From Microthyrium microscopicum (taxonomy: Eukaryota), in NCBI GenBank assembly GCA_010405405.1, contig MU004232.1:1445481-1509480 (forward strand): a DNA stretch of 64,000 nucleotides. Reading direction: 5' to 3'. This document shows, one piece after another, positions 50,819 through 62,938 of the stretch. The position numbers and the translations under genes are program-made. A model generated the notes under the pieces. The model saw only the letters and a program-made list of their open reading frames with translations, was not told the origin of the DNA and searched no databases. Within the stretch, counting starts at the first letter, position 1. Every line of letters starts with the position of its first letter.

Positions 50819-51397
50819 TCAACCCCAGAAAGGCTTTTGCCAATCTTCCTTTCTGATCTTCTCCAGTCTCTGCGCTCGCTCCTTGTCCGTTTTGACCCTC
50901 GCCAAAGCCTTCTGGAGCGCCTCCTTCTGCTTCATATGCACCCACGTCGGATTCCGATCCGAGTAACGATGGAAGCGACCAACCTTGAACCCTACCTGGC
51001 CTTGCCGTGCTGCGAACCGATTATGAGCTCTTCTTGCACGTTGTACTCCGCCTCGGGTTTCGGAGTAGCTTACATCGTGACGAGATCTGCTTCCAACCCT
51101 GTTGCTATGGCCAGGCCAAGTATTATGAAAGTGCGTTTGAGTGTTTGAACCGGGAGTATATCGTCGATGGCGCCTTGCTTTGCGCCGTCGCGCTTGGAGG
51201 CAGTGGAGGATGCAGAAGGCTGTCAGAGGCAGGACGAAGGACCATAGGATGGCGATTAGGATGATGATGTTGAAGTCTGCGTTGGACATGTGTTGTGCTG
51301 TTGCAGTTACAGGCGCTGTGGCTGCTGTGAAGGTGATGTTTGTGGTTGTATTTGTGGTGTTGAGCCAGGGGTAGAGGATTGCTTGTGGTTGCGGCAT
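50819..51397 (-). CDS. Small single-pass membrane protein with basic tail
   Basis: NxT sequons in a Thr-rich N-terminus, TM IIILIAILWSFVLPLTAFCIL, then RRRKARR. Confidence 0.6.
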   Translation of the reverse strand: MPQPQAILYPWLNTTNTTTNITFTAATAPVTATAQHMSNADFNIIILIAILWSFVLPLTAFCILHCLQARRRKARRHRRYTPGSNTQTHFHNTWPGHSNRVGSRSRHDVSYSETRGGVQRARRAHNRFAARQGQVGFKVGRFHRYSDRNPTWVHMKQKEALQKALARVKTDKERAQRLEKIRKEDWQKPFWG

Positions 51398-52250
51398 GAT
51401 TGGAACGATGCGATTAGGAACTAAAAACTTCTGAACAAGCTGATGATAAGAATGTGAAGAGAGCATTGCTCTGACTTGATTATATACTGCAGAAACTATT
51501 GATATTCAGAGTGTCAAATCTGGTTCACATGGTATCCCCGAGACATAGCCTGCAGGTGGACAAAGCTATTGCATGATCAACAAAGAGGTTTTTATTGCTA
51601 GCTTCTGAGACAAGATCTCCCAGAAGGGAACTTCAACACTGTTATAATAAGAATGGATCAAAGTAATCAAAAAAGAAGCCAGATGTGCTGTGGCTAATGC
51701 AATGGTTTCATGTGTTTCGACATGCTCTGAGCATGGATATCAACCTGCACTTGAATAGCTAACAGGCTGTAGAAGATAACATAATCGAATATCATCTGCG
51801 AGTTCCATGAATCTGAAGCAAAGCAACAGCATCGTAAAGCCGATCAACTCGCGGAGTATCGTGCAATTCTGAAGGAAAGAGATATCAACTCTTGTCTTCG
51901 TCATTAGATGATGGAGGTCTCCATGACTGGGGACTGTCGAGATCTGCAGCTTCGTTGAGCTGTCTTAGCCAGTACTCAGGGTCATTTCCGGCCTGAGCCC
52001 AGTCATCATCGTCCAGAGCAGGAAGATCCGAGTTAGTATCCAACGGCCTAGAAGTGGCGTCATGAGTAGCAGCAGCTTCGAGATTTCCAACTTCATTCGC
52101 GACGGATCCACCTGATAAACCCATATCTTGCTCCAGCACGTCAAGGAAGGATAGTATCTCATTGTCAATTGAATCCATAGTACCCAGCGGTTCATTCGTA
52201 TCCTCCTCAGCTTGATCAATACTATTCTCTGACGTCTTCAAGGGCCCATT

Positions 52251-54037
52251 CTACTGGCCTTGATTGTCAAAGAATTGAATATACGCTTCAGCCGCCTTGG
52301 CAATATCCTCAGCATCGTCGGTGTTCTGCGGCTCCGGAACATAGCCTAGATCCTGCTGAGGAAGACCGTGCTGGTAAGATTGTGGCATGTTGTACGTGCT
52401 GTATTGCTGCGCGGAGTTGACTAGGCCGAACTGCTGGTGTGGTTGACCAAATTGGAGCATGTCGTTGGAGTAGTAGTTCATTAGATTTGGATCAATCTGC
52501 TGGTGCTGTGCCATATTGTGTTGCACAGATTGTTGGTCGTATTGTTGTGGCATTTGATGTTGCTGAGGCGGCGACATCTGGGGATGGGACTGGGGACGAG
52601 GTTGAGGATGGGATTGAGGCTGAGGAGTGTGAGCTTGTGGATGTTGGATATGCTGAGGATGCATTTGGTGATGAAGTTGAGGATGGTCTTGTTGTCGTTG
52701 TTGCTGTTGTGGCAGTTGATGCTGTTGCTGTGGGATTTGATGCTGTTGTTGTGGTTGAGGAGCATCGTGAATCATGATGGGATGCTGGGCTGTTGAACCA
52801 AATGACATTGGCTGCTGATGATGCATCGCCGTTGTACTGGCAGGTCGAGATGCTATGGCTGTCTGCACCGGATGTCCTTGTGAATGGATTGGTGTAGAGG
52901 CTGGTCTTTCGATAGCAAATATAGGGGTACTAGCAGCCAACATCGGTGGAGTCTGGGCTGACGACTTGGCGGGCTTTTGGTGTATCACGACCTGGGGAAT
53001 CTGAACCAGTTTAGGCGAGGGTTTAGGAACGTCCTTTGCTGCTTTTGGCTTGGGTTTCACCGGCTTTGGTGTGTCTTTAGCCAAAGTAGTTTTCTTCCTT
53101 GGTCTGCTAACGACTGGAGACTCTGGTTGAAGTATATCAGGCGAACATAACCTACAACTACAGTTGTCTGTGTCTTGCGTTGTGTCGGTGGACAGCCATA
53201 GCAAGTGAGGAAAGAACTCAGCCGGGCTTCGGAATCGTCTTTTCCCAGCATGCCCATAGAGATAAGCGTCTGCTCGATCATGACCTCCAGCGTCATGACG
53301 AATCTTTGAAGCGCTGCCTTCACCCTGGCCTACTTTCTTGACATGATCCCATAGCGTGTAATGTTGTGGAAAATCTTCTAGCAAGTAGCTGAGTGTCGAG
53401 TCTTTGCTGACTTTGTCTACACATCGTAGTCATGTCAGTTCTGGAATCGGTGGAGGTAAGCGTTCTCATGATAAGAAGCCGAAAGCATGAAAGCCAGAAC
53501 TCACGTTACGGGCACTGTTCGTGTAGTCTGGGGCGGGCAATATGCAGGTAGAAAGGGGAAGGATAAACAGGAGATACAGCAGAAGGATGCGTTAGAGTTC
53601 AGGAATCGAAGTGGTAAGATACATAAAACGAAATGAAGGTAATTGTAAGAGGATTGCATGGACTACATGAAATAAGAATTATCAAAAGAGAAGTGGGTAT
53701 CAAGCACTCCCCATACAAGACGTAATGATGCACGCGATAGGCACTTCGCGCATCGGAAACTCCGCAAAACTTGCAAAGAGGAAAGGAAACACATACCCCA
53801 TTGTTGTGGCATCAAATGGCTCACCAGCATACAACCCAGCTTTTGCAGCCAATCCATATACTTGGCATCATCGCGCGTCAACTGTCGGTAGTACTCAGTG
53901 ACGACTTTGCCATATTTGTCCTTCTTCTCGACGATCTGCTGCTGAGAGTCCGATGGTTTATTGGGCTGTCCCTTAACAACGGCCTTTCCGTCACTCCGCA
54001 ACACGTTGAGAATCTGGAATTTGATCATGCCTCCCAT
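52251..54037 (-). CDS. Cryptic loci regulator 2 (Clr2) N-terminal-domain protein with Gln/His/Pro-rich tail (exons 54037-53797, 53416-52251)
   Basis: RSDG, YYRQL..DWLQKLG, LEDFPQHYTLWDH, DAYLYGH..RFRSPAEFFPHLLWL..CSCRLC match the recalled Clr2 N-terminal consensus. The frame continues after the TAG to 51885. Confidence 0.85.
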
Positions 54038-54574
54038 CACATGCTGGATGAATTGTTGAAGACGCGTATGAGGGATGAACAATAAAGAGGCTGATGACTG
54101 GGCTTAAACTTGTGTCCTTGGGAGTTGCCCAAGATGACTGCCTTATATACCACCAGGAAGACAATAGAATGGCACGATTAATGGGACTGTTAAGAAAAGA
54201 TGATGCAGAAGAGATATATGGATGATGTTGAGAACTTGACCGTCGTTGAACTTTGAGGTAGGGATATTGCGCTAGTATGTTTTAGGCTTAGCGGAGGCTC
54301 TTTCCACTGCGCAAAGCTGCGTTTGCATCCTCCAACACCATTATTGATGCGGCTCATACCTCTAAAGCTCCAATTCCATCCTCTGGCGAGGCGCTTTTGT
54401 GATCGAGTTCTTAGAATACGACACATTTGATACAAGAAGGGAAGGAAAGTGGAGTCTAGGAAGCTTTAGAACTACCACACCAAATGGGCTCAAGCGACAT
54501 GCAAGATGAGGATTCCCTGCGGTATCTTATGTAATTACATCGCCCACCTAGTCACAAAGAACAGCTAGAGAGTC

Positions 54575-55246
54575 ATGAGCTTCCAAAAGCCCAAGGTATG
54601 GCTGCGATAGTTACTTGCCTTCCGCAGCGTCAAGCCGAAAAGAGGATCGTCTGCAATAAAGCACACGGAATTCTCTGAGAAGATTGGCACACATCTTCCT
54701 CCATCTCCACGAGAGATACTCAACAACCGCTTCAAACACGAAGATCTCATCTTCAATCGTCGCGTGGACCGCCAGAACGACACCCCGCTCGCTGCCTGAT
54801 ACCGCATTTATGAGCACATTGTACTTGATCAAAACAATGAAATGAGGAACGAGCTCGAATATTTCTGGTACAAGAACACCTGGGCTGTCTGTGATATTCC
54901 AGACCCTCAAGACCCGGACGAGGGCCGGTATGCCTGCCTGGCCTGCATTCCAGCATTACTCTGTTTAGCCTTCAACCAGAGAATACGACTGGGACTCCCG
55001 CATGATGCGCCAGCTATCTTCACTGGTGATATGTTGGATAAGTGGCGGGAGCAGCAAAGGAAATACGAGAAAGAACCGCACTGGACCGTAAACGTAACAA
55101 GGTTGACGAGAACGCTGGCAATTCCTCACTGGGACAATCAACAACGCGACTTCATCCCCTTGGACACTTTCTCCTTGGACAAGGCGTCCGAGGAGTTTGC
55201 TAGGATGAATATACTCATTTGGCAACCGCACATTTATTTTGCTTAA
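54575..55246 (+). pseudogene. Conserved fungal hypothetical family gene with two in-frame stops
   Basis: One frame: MSFQKPKVWLR*...DTPLAA*YRIYEHIVLDQNNEMRNELEYFW..IPDPQDPDEGRYACLACIP..AFNQRIRLGLP; stops TAG 54608 and TGA 54797. Confidence 0.7.
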
Positions 55247-55321
55247 ACCAACAGGAATCAGGTTGAGCAGAACTGCAGCTGTTGTCCAGCCGCGTACCAA
55301 CTAGGTACATACTACCAATAT

Positions 55322-55777
55322 TTGAAGCCATTCATATCAATTCATATTAACAACAACACCACCATCTTGGTTGATGGCCAGCCACAACAACACTTGAAAT
55401 ATACAAGCTTGTTGGTGATGGTCGTCGACTTCGCACAACACTGCGTCGGTAGCCTCTCTTCTGTAATGATGCGCCCATTCTCTGATCTGACGGACGCTCA
55501 CCGGTCGATTCCCATGGCCCTGAATGTAGCGATGCAAACACAAAACACGGTCAGAAATGTTCATACGGACGGCGACTTGTTTTATGTATTCGGTCAACTT
55601 TGGTACAAAAAGTATACTGCCAAGGCGCAGCCCGGCCATTTGGAAGACAATCTCGTTCTGCTTTACTGCTTCCTTGGCGAGTTTCTTACTAAAGACTTCG
55701 GGATACGAAAAGGGTGGTTCGGGTTGTTCAACCAGTTTGCTCCAAGGATGATCTGGCTTTGCCGGCTGGCGTATTGA
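55322..55777 (+). CDS. Possible hypothetical protein
   Basis: 151-codon open frame with globular-looking composition; first ATG at 55418; no recognised motif. Confidence 0.3.
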   Translation: MKPFISIHINNNTTILVDGQPQQHLKYTSLLVMVVDFAQHCVGSLSSVMMRPFSDLTDAHRSIPMALNVAMQTQNTVRNVHTDGDLFYVFGQLWYKKYTAKAQPGHLEDNLVLLYCFLGEFLTKDFGIRKGWFGLFNQFAPRMIWLCRLAY

Positions 55778-58008
55778 GATCCTTCGTTGAGAATGTTAAG
55801 GTTAGTGCAGCATTTGCAAGGTATTAGGTATCTTTACTAGTCCGTCTGTTGTGTTCGAAGACGCCAAGTTGCTGTACGCATTGCGAACCTTGCCTCTGGA
55901 ATCTGTAGCAAGTCGTGCTATCGCCTTCGTTACATTGTCTAGATGCTTTGCGAGAGCTACCAGCAATCTTATCAAGAATACGAAGAGTTGACCGGGTTTG
56001 TTGGCAGTTGCCAAGTAGGGCCTTTCGTAAGACTCTAGTACAGCAATTATCCTTCTCGTGACAATCACTGATGCCACGACTTAACTTGTATATAGAATGA
56101 CCTTACCGCCCAACGAAAAGTGTGAAGGGAATTTCTGGAAACACTGAAAAACTATCGCTCACAGTTTGTTACAAATCCAGGAGCTCACTGAATCGAGTTT
56201 TCTATTAGTATAACCGGCTATCATTCCCGGTGCTTCCTGACGCGCGGAATCGTCATCTTGCTGTGCCGAGTTCAATGCATCGCAGCAAGCTTGATCAAAC
56301 CTAGAAAGTGCTTAAGACGTTGTGTTTTGGCGCCTAGAAGGTATGAACAGAGTTCGCATATTTTCTTCAGGAAAAACCAGTCACAATGCAAGGTTTGGCA
56401 TAAGATAAATCGCGCCATTGGTTTGCTTCGAGGCTAGTCGTGGAGCTGCTGATCAACTATTTCCTGCCTTTTATGTTGGGAGTGTGTAAAAATGGCAGGT
56501 CATTTTTTCTTAAGATGGCTGATATGCAATGTAGTTGAGAAGCGCGTTGATAGTTCCTCGGCATTTACCTGAGGCGTTATATTCCCACTTGTTGTATCAG
56601 CTAAGATGAGTAGTACTTGCAGCTTTTCAGGTATCGTCATCTGAATAAAGACAATATTGTGGATATTTCGATGTTTTCTTAGAGATATATGCATGATAAA
56701 GACTTGGTGTAACACTTGTACATGCACCCAAGTCCGAAACTCTTAGCTGTAGTATCTCTAGAAAAAGTGGTGGGAATTTGGCTAACTGGGGTCTCCTAGA
56801 CGATATAAATGACAAAGGGCCCAGACTTTTGCTCCACTTCTTCAGTCTGATTTGGAGAGGCTGTGCTTAGCACGGGGCTAACTCCAACGCGCCCAGACTT
56901 GGCATTGGGGACAGACAACTTGTACTGACTTTGGTGAACCCAATCAGTTTCAAGGGTGACAGTGTCACTTGGCCCGAAGCAAATTAGATCCTCTGCCGCG
57001 ATCCTGAAAAGAGTTCAACGTGTGCGCCACGGCAGCAGATGGTTCGTACGGATTTGCTTGGTTGCTTTTTTAGGTATGGAAAAGATGTCCCAAAGAAGAT
57101 TTGTGGCGTTTTCTGGGCGTGAGGTTCAAGAAACGCTTGGTGTTTTTGTTAAACTCTTGGTCCGTTAAGAAGCAAGACAGCCGCCCAGTGCGGAAAGCCT
57201 CAACTCCAACTCCATTCTCTTTCTTAGGTGTATTTTGTTCAGCTTTGGTGTTCATTAATTCCGTACCTTCTCCGGATCAACAGAGGCATAATCGCTAATC
57301 GAGAGTGGCTGGAGTCCTCAGACAATAACCCCAGTGTCAAATTGTGGTTCATTTTATGATTTGCACAGGGGCTAATAAATTTAATTTGAATCACCAATCG
57401 ACCCGCCGTTCTCTTCGACGAGCCCTGCCACATCTCCAGAGGAAGGAAAAAGAGGCTTGACTGCCACCTGTGCTTCTTCGAACATCATCATCGTGTAGAA
57501 GCCGGGCTTCTAGCACATGTTGGGATAGGACTAAAGGAGAAAGATCAGAATTATAGAAGAGGTCGGTCGGGACTGCTGTTTCTTGTACATAAGAGCAGTG
57601 CGCCTGCACATAGTCTGGTCCAACCCGACTTGGAAGTCACGAAGGAGTAATTTGCAAGCGCAGTAAGAGCACTGGAACTACTCTACGAGGAAAGGACCAA
57701 CCAACACGGCGCACCTTCTGCTTCTTGCTTCTCGTCTCTTGCCTTCAAGTACCCCTCTGGACCTGGACATCAAAGCTTCAACCGCCTATTACACTTCTCA
57801 AGTCTGCCAGGCGCATCCGAATCCAACCTTCTCCATCAACAGCTTCAACTCCATCTTGGTGTTGACCTGTAGCTTCGTCTTTTCTTTACACCATCAACAA
57901 TACCACTCTCGGCATTCTCACCATCCTGTCTCTCACTGGCCCTCTATCTCCTACCTACAGCTTTCTCATTGAACCCCTCCCTAAGCCAAAATCACTTTCA
58001 CCCTAATA

Positions 58009-59611
58009 ATGCAGACTTTCATTGCATACCTACTCTTCGCCTTCCAGTGGTTGGCCATCCTCCCCGGCATTCTTGCATCTCCCAAGGTTATCAGTTTGGA
58101 CTTTGATCGATATGAAGTTTTTGGAGACACCAAGCCAGGCTTGCGTCGTCGCGACACCAGCGGTGCTGATATCACCAACTCACAAGGGTCACTCTTGTAT
58201 CTACTAAACGTCACCATTGGAACCCCTCCTCAAAAACTGTCCCTTCAACTGGATACTGGCAGCTCAGACATTTGGCTACCATGGGCCAAGTCCAGCCAAT
58301 GTTCTAACCGAAATACTCGTTGCTCTGGCAGTGGTTCTTTCGATGAGACTCTATCATCATCCTATCAGCTTCTACAAGCCAGCACTTTTCTCATTTCTTA
58401 CGTCGATGGGACTAAGATCCGCGGCGATTATATTAGGGATAACCTCGCTGTCGGATCTTCTTCCGTCATCAACATGACTATGGGATTGGCCAAAACCGCT
58501 AGTGAACAGGATAACGTTAGTCCCTTTCAAGGTATCATAGGTGTAGGCTTTGAAACAGGCGAGGCCGTCTATGCTCAAACCGGCCAAGTTTACCCCAATA
58601 TCATCTCACAATTCAAAGCAAGTGGCGCAATCAATACTCGGGCCTACAGCCTATGGTTGAATTCAAAAGGTATGTTCTCTGATTGTTAGCCTAGCGAGTT
58701 TGCTAATTGTGATAGAAAATGGAAAAGGCACAATACTCTTCGGTGGAGTCGACACAGCAAAATACTCTGGAGATCTTGTATCACTACCCATTCAGCCTGA
58801 TGCTCGTACTGGAACGGTCATGTCTTTTACTGTTGCTCTAGACAACTTCAACGTCATGGGCGCAAACAGCCAAAATCAATATTCCAAATCCAACCTTTCT
58901 CTTCCCGTCATTCTTGACTCTGGAACCACCCTTACCTATCTCCCAGACAGCATGGCAAATGATCTCTATACAGGAGTCGGAGCCACCGTCTCGACTACCT
59001 ACGGTGTTGTAGTTCCATGCGACCTCCAAAACTCGGCAGCAACCTTCAATTTTGGATTCGGCAACCCCAACGGTCCTGTGATCACTGCTCCTATCGCACA
59101 ATTTGTTCTCCCGTTTCCTGCAGATATTCCTGCACCAACATTTCGCTCCACTGGTAAAGTCGCCTGCCGCTGGGGCATACAGGCTGCGGCTAATCGGCCA
59201 ATCCTTTTTGGCGACACTTTTCTCCGTGGTGCCTACGTTGTTTACAACCTTGACAACAACGAAATAGGTCTGGCCAATGCCATTGTGAATGCAACCACGT
59301 CAAACGTCAAAGAAATTACTGCTAAGCAAATCCCCGGCATCACTAGTACTGCAGCCGGCGTCGCTAAGCAAACCGCGTCCGGCTTGCAGGGACCAAATAG
59401 TGCTGCATTCTCAACAGGCAGTGGCGTTATTGCTACTGCTACAGGTCCAGCATTCAATCTTGGCTCCTCAACCGCTGGGGCTTCTAGCTCCAACGCCGGC
59501 GGAAAGAAGAGTGCAGCTGGAGTAAACTCGCCTAGCATGGGTGTAGTGACAATGCTCGCCGGAGTGGTCTCGATAATGGCCATACTCGGTGGTGCTCTGT
59601 TACTTGGTTGA
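58009..59611 (+). CDS. GPI-anchored aspartic protease (yapsin/OpsB-like, peptidase A1)
   Basis: Signal peptide, RRRD pro-site, DTGSSD and DSGTT catalytic motifs, LFGDTFLR, Ser/Ala stalk and hydrophobic GPI signal; intron ~58670-58715. Confidence 0.95.
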
Positions 59612-59810
59612 TCATGCTTATGAACTGAGTTGTTTTCTTGTTAGAAAGGTGTATATACCATTATTGTGTTTAGAAGCATAGCCTGGAGTTGAGGTGAATA
59701 ATACCTACGGAAAAATCAATTTATGGTTGCATCTAGCATCCATGTTTTCCTCTTATCAACCTTCTACTTTACACTGAATCCTGTATATCTTGTCATCTTT
59801 ATGCCCAGTT

Positions 59811-61354
59811 TCAACAGCCTAGGTATTTATTCTCGAGCCACCGCTCTTCATCATCCTCAACCAATCTCGCCACAACTACCTTGACCCGCGGGAAGCCACT
59901 AACCAATCTTCCAATCCCAATGCGACCCGCCGTCAACGCAACAAACACTATCCGCTCTTCTTTTACACCATGGTCTACCAAGACCTGTACAGCCATCACG
60001 GCTGCTCCTCCACTACTCGCCTGCGCATCTAGCAACAACACCGCGCCATCTTCACCCACTGATTCCGCCAGACGGCAATAGTGCAGCTCCGGCTCGGCTG
60101 TCCGATAGTTTGTCTGGATCAGCAACCGCCCAATCTGACAATCTGGAATCACACGCTTTAATCCCGTCTCCAACACACTCCCACCACGCAGAATCGTCAC
60201 CGCACTCACACGCGGCATGCCATACCCAGCATACTCCGTCCCCTGCGGCGTAACAACATCCACCTTACTCCCCGGCACACCCGCCACCGCCTTCTCCACC
60301 AACAACGCCGCCAACCGATCCACATAAAAGATAAAATCTTCCCTACTCACCCGCCCACTCAATAACAGCGTATTAATACCCACAACCTGCGGTGTCTGGG
60401 CTAACACCTCAACATTCACCAGAGGCATGTCGGCTTGTGCCTGATTTCCTAGGCGCGCGAGCTGTTGTTGGTGGGCGGCGGATTTTATTGCGAGGGTCTT
60501 TTTGATGCGGTCGCTTAGCATGGATATTGCGACGAGGTTTTCGATTCCCCGCGGCACGATTATGTCGGCGACGTCGCGTTGGGGGAGGACGTAGCGGGTG
60601 AAGTTTGGCTTGACGAAGGCGAACCATTGGGCTATGCAGCCTTGGATGTCGCGGCCGCGGGATTGGACGTCGCGGAGAACTGGGTTTGTTAGTATGAGAT
60701 GATGCAATTTGGCAGAAGGAGAAGATGGTACTTCGGCGAGAGAGACAGACGTCTGCATCGGCTTCGGCGAAGACTTTAAGATCGAGCATGTCGAGAACTC
60801 GTTGGTCATAGAGGGCAAAGATGCCTTCGAGGACTAGGACGTGAGGAGAGTAGATCTTTTGTGTTTCTTTTTCGCGGGCATGTTTTTGAAATGAGTAGAT
60901 TGGTATTTCTGCTCGCTTCCTATTCATGCGTGAGAGTCTGGGCTAGACATATGTTCGAGATGTATTTACCCTGCTTTTATATCTTGAAGTTTTTCTACCA
61001 ACGCATCAAAATCGATCGCGTCAGGTGCATCAAAGTCATATTTATTCTGAAATGCCAAAGCTGACTGCTCCGGAGTAAGAGGCTTATAGAAGGCATCCTA
61101 GCTCCAACCATCAGCCTCCAATTCCCTGCTCTTCGTGGTCATAAAGCATTTACCATGGAAAGAATTATTACCCATGGCAAGTTAAGCTCTCGGATAACTG
61201 CCAGGGCCAGTGATGTCTTACCCGAGCCGGAGCTGCCAGCAACACCTATTATGCTGGTATCCGCCCATGGTGGACGATAATGTGCTTTTAGCATGACGGA
61301 TTCCTGGCGATCTCCCGTTTGAGGGCGGGCCAAATGGGGGTCGCTTTCAACCAT
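59811..61354 (-). CDS. URK1: Uridine kinase with C-terminal UPRTase-like domain
   Basis: PPWADTSIIGVAGSSGSGKT P-loop, FDAPDAIDFD, LEGIFALYD, RDVQSRGRD, FVKPNF, UPRT-like C-terminal half; several introns. Confidence 0.95.
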
Positions 61355-61775
61355 GATGCGTGAGGCAGGAGAGAAGGAGCTCTATTCCGACATACTTCCT
61401 GTGGGAGAAATTGTCATTTTGGAGTAGCAGCTTTTTGCAAACGCTGGGACTGGTGTAAACAGATCACCTTTTTAAGGACAGGAGGATATGAGGCTAGAAG
61501 TGACTAGCTCAAAAGGCACTAGCTCGTGATTTGTGGCCCAAGCTTCTAGTCAACTCCAACCATTTTTTCACTTGACCTCCCACATCTCTGCAACCTCACA
61601 CTACCCACCCATTTATATTCTCCCCCATCACCATTATCTACCACAAACGACAAGAACATCATCGTCGTAGGCGGTATCTCGTCCTTCACAGAACGATCCG
61701 ATGGGCCTAGCATAGCACATCAATGAGCTCAGGGACAGTCTGTCTCCTCGACTGAGAGACCTCTACGTCAACAAT

Positions 61776-62938
61776 ATGGTATGATCGATGCTATCACCGT
61801 TGGTGTTGGTCGGTTGCTGAAAATGCCAGAGCACATCATCTGCCTCGGTCGCGACGCCAACGCGTTCGCACTTCAGCCGTCGGGTTGAAGAGGTCCGTCC
61901 AAGTAAAGGGTACGTTTTCACACTCGGCCCCACTTCTGTTCTACTGTCACAAAAATATGATGAATTGATGCAAGTGGGAATCTCACTGAAAATTTCTTGT
62001 GGAAAACTTATATTTCTTGCTTCTGATCCACTTCTCACCCTCGACAATGTTCTATATCATTGCAGCAACTGTCGCTAACGTAATGGACAGCGATATCAAT
62101 GCCGTTATAATGGATTACCTCCTCAGCGAGGGTTATCCAGACGCTGCCCAGAAGTTCGCTTCCGAGGCCAACTTGCTTCCAGAGCTGAGTATCGAAACCA
62201 TCGAGCACAGAGTTGAGATTCGCAACTGCATATTGGCTGGAGATATCGAGACAGCGATTGAAAGAATTAATGATCTCAACCCGCAAGTAAGTCTTACCCA
62301 AGTCTCATCTTTCTCAACTTCCATGATTATTTTGTTCATGCACCACTCATAGCTTCGGCTAGGATGATAATCAATACAACTTCAGTCCTCAGTATGATCG
62401 GATTACCCACTAATTCAAGCATTCGTTTTGTTGAACCGAATTCATTGCTAACGCGCCATGACACTAGATTCTCGACAAGAATTCCAAGCTCCACTTTGCC
62501 CTCCTTAGACTTCAACTCGTTGAAATTGTAAAACGTGGCGATCCGAACAATAAGGAGGATCTGATGAAGGCTATTAGTTTCGCCAACAAGCAGCTTGCCC
62601 CTCGAGCCAAGGAGTCAAAAGAATTCATTGAAGATCTGGAAAAGGGAATGGCTTTGATTATTTTTCCCCGCGACAACCTTCCAGTCACTCTGAAGCCCTT
62701 GCTCGACCCGGCCTTGCGATTCGATATCGCCGCTCAGGTCAATGAAGCCATTCTCTTGAGCTCTGGTTCTCGCCGAGAGGCTAGAATCAAGGATCTCATC
62801 AAGCTCCGGCAATGGTCCGAGCAGAAGGCCAGAGATATGAAGAAGGCAATTCCGGCGCGACTTTCGCTGGGATTGAACCTTGATGATGAAACGGATGATG
62901 ATAACATGAACGGTGATGGCGATGCAATGGTCACGTAG
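61776..62938 (+). CDS. GID8: LisH/CTLH/CRA protein, GID complex subunit 8 (exons 61776-61778, 61830-61909, 62091-62286, 62468-62938)
   Basis: DINAVIMDYLLSEGYPDAAQKFASEA (LisH), GDIETAIERINDLNPQILD, LHFALLRLQLVE, VNEAIL..LIKLRQWSE. ATG-only first exon is inferred. Confidence 0.9.
61955..62028 (+). ncRNA. Intronic box C/D snoRNA, SNORD79/U79-like
   Basis: Box C ATGATGA 61957-61963; AGTGGGAATCTC 61973-61984 is antisense to LSU rRNA GAGAUUCCCACU; D' CTGA 61986-61989; D CTGA 62023-62026. Confidence 0.8.
62319..62402 (+). ncRNA. Intronic box C/D snoRNA, snR40/U32-like
   Basis: Degenerate box C ATGATTA 62323; CATGCACCAC 62337-62346 is antisense to SSU rRNA GUGGUGCAUG; UUCG hairpin TAGC-TTCG-GCTA; C'-like GGATGA; D-like ATGA 62394; short TCC/GGA terminal stem. 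Confidence 0.65.

Noticed and set aside
55802..56077. 91-aa minus-strand ORF
   Set aside because: GTG start, no motif, no convincing exon chain.
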